A DNA stretch of 64,000 bases from an uncultured virus (IMG/VR IMGVR_UViG_3300008450_005828) (lineage: Duplodnaviria; Heunggongvirae; Uroviricota; Caudoviricetes), in the IMG/VR virus record IMGVR_UViG_3300008450_005828. One strand, 5' to 3'. Both the position numbers and the translations under genes were made by a program. Below are positions 60,835 through 64,000 of the stretch, piece after piece. The notes under the pieces were generated by a model. That model saw nothing but the letters and a program-made list of their open reading frames with translations, made no database searches and had not been told where the DNA came from. The first letter of the stretch is position 1. Every line of letters begins with the position of its first letter.

Positions 60835-62612
60835 CCATAAAAATCAAAGACTTAACTGTTAAAAACTTTATGAGTGTGGGTAATGTTACCCAGGCTGTTG
60901 ACTTTAACCGTGAACAGCTCACTCTAGTGCTTGGCGAAAACTTAGATCAAGGAGGTGACGATTCTGGTTCTCGTAACGGTACAGGTAAAACCACAATTAT
61001 CAATGGTTTATCGTACGCCCTGTACGGCCAAGCACTAACTAATATCAAGAAAAATAACTTAATTAACAAAACCAACAACAAAGGTATGTTGATTACGTTA
61101 AATTTTGAGAAAAACGGTATAACTTACCGTATTGAACGCGGAAGATCACCTAATATTCTTAAATTCTATGTTAACGACATAGAACAGTTTGCCGAAACTG
61201 TGGATGAAAGCCAAGGCGATAGCAGAGAAACACAAAAGGCTATCAACGATCTGCTAGGTATGAGCCATAATATGTTTAAACACATTGTTGCACTGAATAC
61301 CTATACAGAACCGTTCCTTAGTATGCGAACCAATGAACAAAGAGAAATAATCGAACAACTTTTAGGTATTACACTGCTTTCAGAGAAGGCAGAAACACTA
61401 AAAGAACAAATAAAAACAACCAAAGACCTAATCACTGAGGAAACTCTTAAGATCAATGCTATCAAGTCAAGCAATGAGAAGATAACTCAGAGTATTGAAA
61501 CACTTAAGAGTCGTCAACGTGCATGGAATCTTAAGAAAAATCAAGATATCGAGAAACTAAAAGAGTCTATCAACGAACTTGAACAACTAAACATTGAAAA
61601 AGAACTCGATGCACATGACAAACTGGTAAACTGGACTGCTCTCAACGGCGAAATTGTATCGTTGAACAAACAAAAGAGTACACTAGGCTCTGCTTTGCTT
61701 CGTGCAGACTCATCTATTGAAAAAATTGCAAAAGAAATTGACGATCTTGCTGACGCAATGTGTTTTACTTGTGGTCAAGCACTTCATGCAGACAAGAAGG
61801 CTGCTATTCTTTCAGAAAAAGAAAAAGAACTGCATGAGGCAGTGCAGTATCAAGACGAAATTAGTAAAAAACTCAAAGTTGTTGAAGATTCCTTGTTTAA
61901 AATTGGTGATATCAACGGAAAGCCCAGTACTTTCTACGAAACTGCAAAAGAAGCATACGATCATAGAAGCAATGTTGATAGTTTGAAGTCTGCACTGGGG
62001 TTGAAACACAACGAAGAAGATACTTACGCAGCACAAATCGACGATCTTGAGACCACAGCCATACAAACCATCACATGGGATGTGGTAAACGATCTTACTT
62101 TGCTCAAAGAACACCAAGAGTTCTTGCTTAAACTGCTTACAAACAAAGATTCGTTTATTAGAAAAAAGATTATTGAACAGAATCTGTCATATCTCAATCA
62201 AAGACTCACTTACTACTTAGATAAGATAGGATTGCCGCATCAAGTCAAGTTCTTAAACGATCTCAATGTTGAAATTACACAACTTGGACAAGATTTAGAC
62301 TTCGACAACCTTTCAAGAGGTGAAAGAAACAGACTTATCCTTGGCTTGAGTTTTGCTTTCCGTGATGTTTGGGAAAGTTTGTATCAAGGTGTTAACTTAT
62401 TGTTCATTGACGAGTTGATTGACTCAGGTATGGACACTGCTGGCGTTGAAAATTCTCTTGCAATTCTTAAAAAGATGGGTAGAGAACGCAACAAAAACAT
62501 ATTCCTTATCAGTCACAAAGATGAATTGATTGGTAGAGTAAACAATGTTCTTAAGGTTATTAAGGAAAACGGGTTTACTTCTTATGCAAACGATATTGAT
62601 ATAGTACAATGA
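60831..62612 (+). CDS. gp46: Recombination ATPase subunit, Rad50/SbcC-like
   Basis: KNFMS, NGTGKT (Walker A), coiled coil with CFTC zinc hook, LSRGE, LFIDE, ISH. Confidence 0.92.
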   Translation: MTIKIKDLTVKNFMSVGNVTQAVDFNREQLTLVLGENLDQGGDDSGSRNGTGKTTIINGLSYALYGQALTNIKKNNLINKTNNKGMLITLNFEKNGITYRIERGRSPNILKFYVNDIEQFAETVDESQGDSRETQKAINDLLGMSHNMFKHIVALNTYTEPFLSMRTNEQREIIEQLLGITLLSEKAETLKEQIKTTKDLITEETLKINAIKSSNEKITQSIETLKSRQRAWNLKKNQDIEKLKESINELEQLNIEKELDAHDKLVNWTALNGEIVSLNKQKSTLGSALLRADSSIEKIAKEIDDLADAMCFTCGQALHADKKAAILSEKEKELHEAVQYQDEISKKLKVVEDSLFKIGDINGKPSTFYETAKEAYDHRSNVDSLKSALGLKHNEEDTYAAQIDDLETTAIQTITWDVVNDLTLLKEHQEFLLKLLTNKDSFIRKKIIEQNLSYLNQRLTYYLDKIGLPHQVKFLNDLNVEITQLGQDLDFDNLSRGERNRLILGLSFAFRDVWESLYQGVNLLFIDELIDSGMDTAGVENSLAILKKMGRERNKNIFLISHKDELIGRVNNVLKVIKENGFTSYANDIDIVQ

Positions 62613-62881
62613 GCGACGAAGACGATATACACGATAAACTAACCAAAGCATATTTAGAATATTTCAAGGCAAATGCTGCATTTGAACAGCGTCCAGGAGA
62701 GTTAAAGCGTCGTGAAGCACGACGCTGGCTTTCTGTTATCAGCAAACTTGCAAAGGAAAGACGTAATCAAATTATGGAAACACATTTGAAAAAGTTTGAT
62801 GACGGTAGAGTAAACAATTGGAAGTACGCATTGAATGCTCGTCAAAAGAAGGCAGAGAAGAAGAAAGCCGGCGATACATAA
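62609..62881 (+). CDS. Hypothetical basic helical protein
   Basis: ATGA overlap with the gp46 stop. Confidence 0.65.
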   Translation: MSDEDDIHDKLTKAYLEYFKANAAFEQRPGELKRREARRWLSVISKLAKERRNQIMETHLKKFDDGRVNNWKYALNARQKKAEKKKAGDT

Positions 62882-62884
62882 TGT

Positions 62885-63310
62885 ATGCAATGGATATATC
62901 AAGGACAAATCATAGACACTCTTCCAGAAGATTGTATTGGGTTTGTCTATGAGATTACAAATCTACTCTCAGGACGCAAATATATAGGCAAGAAACTAGC
63001 AAAGTTCACAAAAACAAAGTACAAAGTAGTAAAACTCAAGAACGGCACCAAGAAAAAACAAAAAATTAAAGAAAAAATCGATTCAGATTGGCAAACTTAC
63101 TACGGATCTAACGATAAACTCAATCAAGATGTACAAGAACTAGGCACAGAGAATTTTAAAAGAGAAATACTTTATTATTGCAAATCCAAGGCAGAGTGTA
63201 GTTACGTTGAAGCAAGAGAACAATTTGCTCGACAGGTTTTAGAATCAACAGATTACTACAACGGTCAGATCAGTGTTCGTGTTCACGGTTCGCACATTTT
63301 AAAATCATAA
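62885..63310 (+). CDS. Small GIY-YIG nuclease-family protein (Seg-like)
   Basis: GFVYEITN...KYIGKK, YYGS, F.REIL, E...Q, YYN. Confidence 0.75.
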   Translation: MQWIYQGQIIDTLPEDCIGFVYEITNLLSGRKYIGKKLAKFTKTKYKVVKLKNGTKKKQKIKEKIDSDWQTYYGSNDKLNQDVQELGTENFKREILYYCKSKAECSYVEAREQFARQVLESTDYYNGQISVRVHGSHILKS

Positions 63311-63790
63311 TAGGCAAAGCATACAGCACACAAGGTCGGCGGGCCAGTTCGTAATACCGCTGTGGAAAAATCGGTTTGATACCCGAACACGTAACATATT
63401 GATTGTGGCGAACCCTAACAGTTGATATAGAATGCTTGCTGTCATTCAAAAACACCGCTGCTCCTAAAAACCGTAATCACTGGAACGAGGATACGGGTAG
63501 AAAAATAGTTTCTACACTATAAAACAAAATTATAGGTTATAAACTATATTTCGATGTCGACGCAGGTAGGGAAAAGGTCAGAGTCCCTGGAGTTGGTGTA
63601 TAAACAAAAAACCTGCTTCCAATGTCTTGGCTGGTGATACTCACAGAAAGTTTTCAAGACGACGGGACCGTAACAGGTTCCGTCTGACCAGATTAATCTA
63701 CAGAAAATTTATACACTTCGTGCTTATATAATTAAAAAAAAGATTATGTATTGAGCGTAAGCGAAGATACAGATGAACGCAGTTCATCTT
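63311..63790 (+). other. Hairpin-rich noncoding element (candidate structured ncRNA or replication origin)
   Basis: About 500 nt with no convincing ORF in an otherwise gap-free genome; many stems, e.g. 63661-63684, 63771-63789, 63497-63515, 63562-63616. Strand is assumed. Confidence 0.5.
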
Positions 63791-63829
63791 GCTATGATAA
63801 ATAAAATAAATCATTTAGGATCTAATAAA

Positions 63830-64000
63830 ATGAAAATCAATCAAGTTATCTCTGAATCAGAATTAGATGAAGCAATTCCATTTACTAAACAATGGAAACA
63901 AGACAGAAAAGTAGGTAAAAATATCAAAGCCGATGCTGGACAAATAACTGCTGATCTCAAAACTTGGATGAAACATAGTAGATTACCAAACATTACTATT
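63830..64000 (+). CDS. Hypothetical protein, 3' truncated (possible head-internal protein)
   Basis: ATG 63830, open to the window end: MKINQVISESELDEAIPF...; ATAAATA and AGGA upstream. Confidence 0.6.
   Translation, partial: MKINQVISESELDEAIPFTKQWKQDRKVGKNIKADAGQITADLKTWMKHSRLPNITI

Noticed and set aside
424..63455. Many short ORFs in the track lying antisense to, or nested in, long genes (e.g. 7382..7834, 19782..20237, 28649..29143, 32517..33050, 61812..62117)
   Set aside because: They are overlapped by well-supported genes and show no motifs; typical shadow ORFs.
63311..63790. tRNA, tmRNA, RNase P RNA, group I intron or CRISPR array
   Set aside because: I could not find a cloverleaf, tmRNA ends, clear RNase P or group I core motifs, or spaced direct repeats by eye. 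A covariance-model search is still needed.
1..64000. Stop-codon reassignment
   Set aside because: Genes tile densely in the standard code, including a 13.9-kb ORF, and TAA, TGA and TAG all occur as real stops.

Overview
This AT-rich window looks like a fragment of a large T4-like (jumbo-type) tailed phage genome in the standard genetic code. It has three parts. (1) 1-26.3 kb is a dense enzymatic island: nine complete and one partial radical SAM proteins, four GT10-like 'TEK' paralogs, three GT-A-like (DxD) proteins, three SGNH-like proteins, an NDP-sugar epimerase/dehydratase, a short DegT-type aminotransferase, an amidinotransferase, a methyltransferase-like protein and a 2OG-Fe(II) oxygenase. 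(2) 26.3-58.9 kb is a minus-strand virion module: fibre proteins, a 4622-aa protein, gp6-, gp25-, gp5- and gp53-like baseplate proteins and a CHAP-like hydrolase. (3) 58.9-64 kb is on the plus strand: a gp55-like late sigma factor, gp47/gp46 (Mre11/Rad50), a small GIY-YIG protein, about 500 nt of hairpin-rich noncoding sequence and a truncated ORF. The best candidate for an undescribed system is the enzymatic island, which may build and attach a heavily modified (possibly amino/guanidino) glycan to the virion or the host surface. The structured element after the GIY-YIG gene is the second candidate. All family calls are from motifs read by eye; no searches were run.
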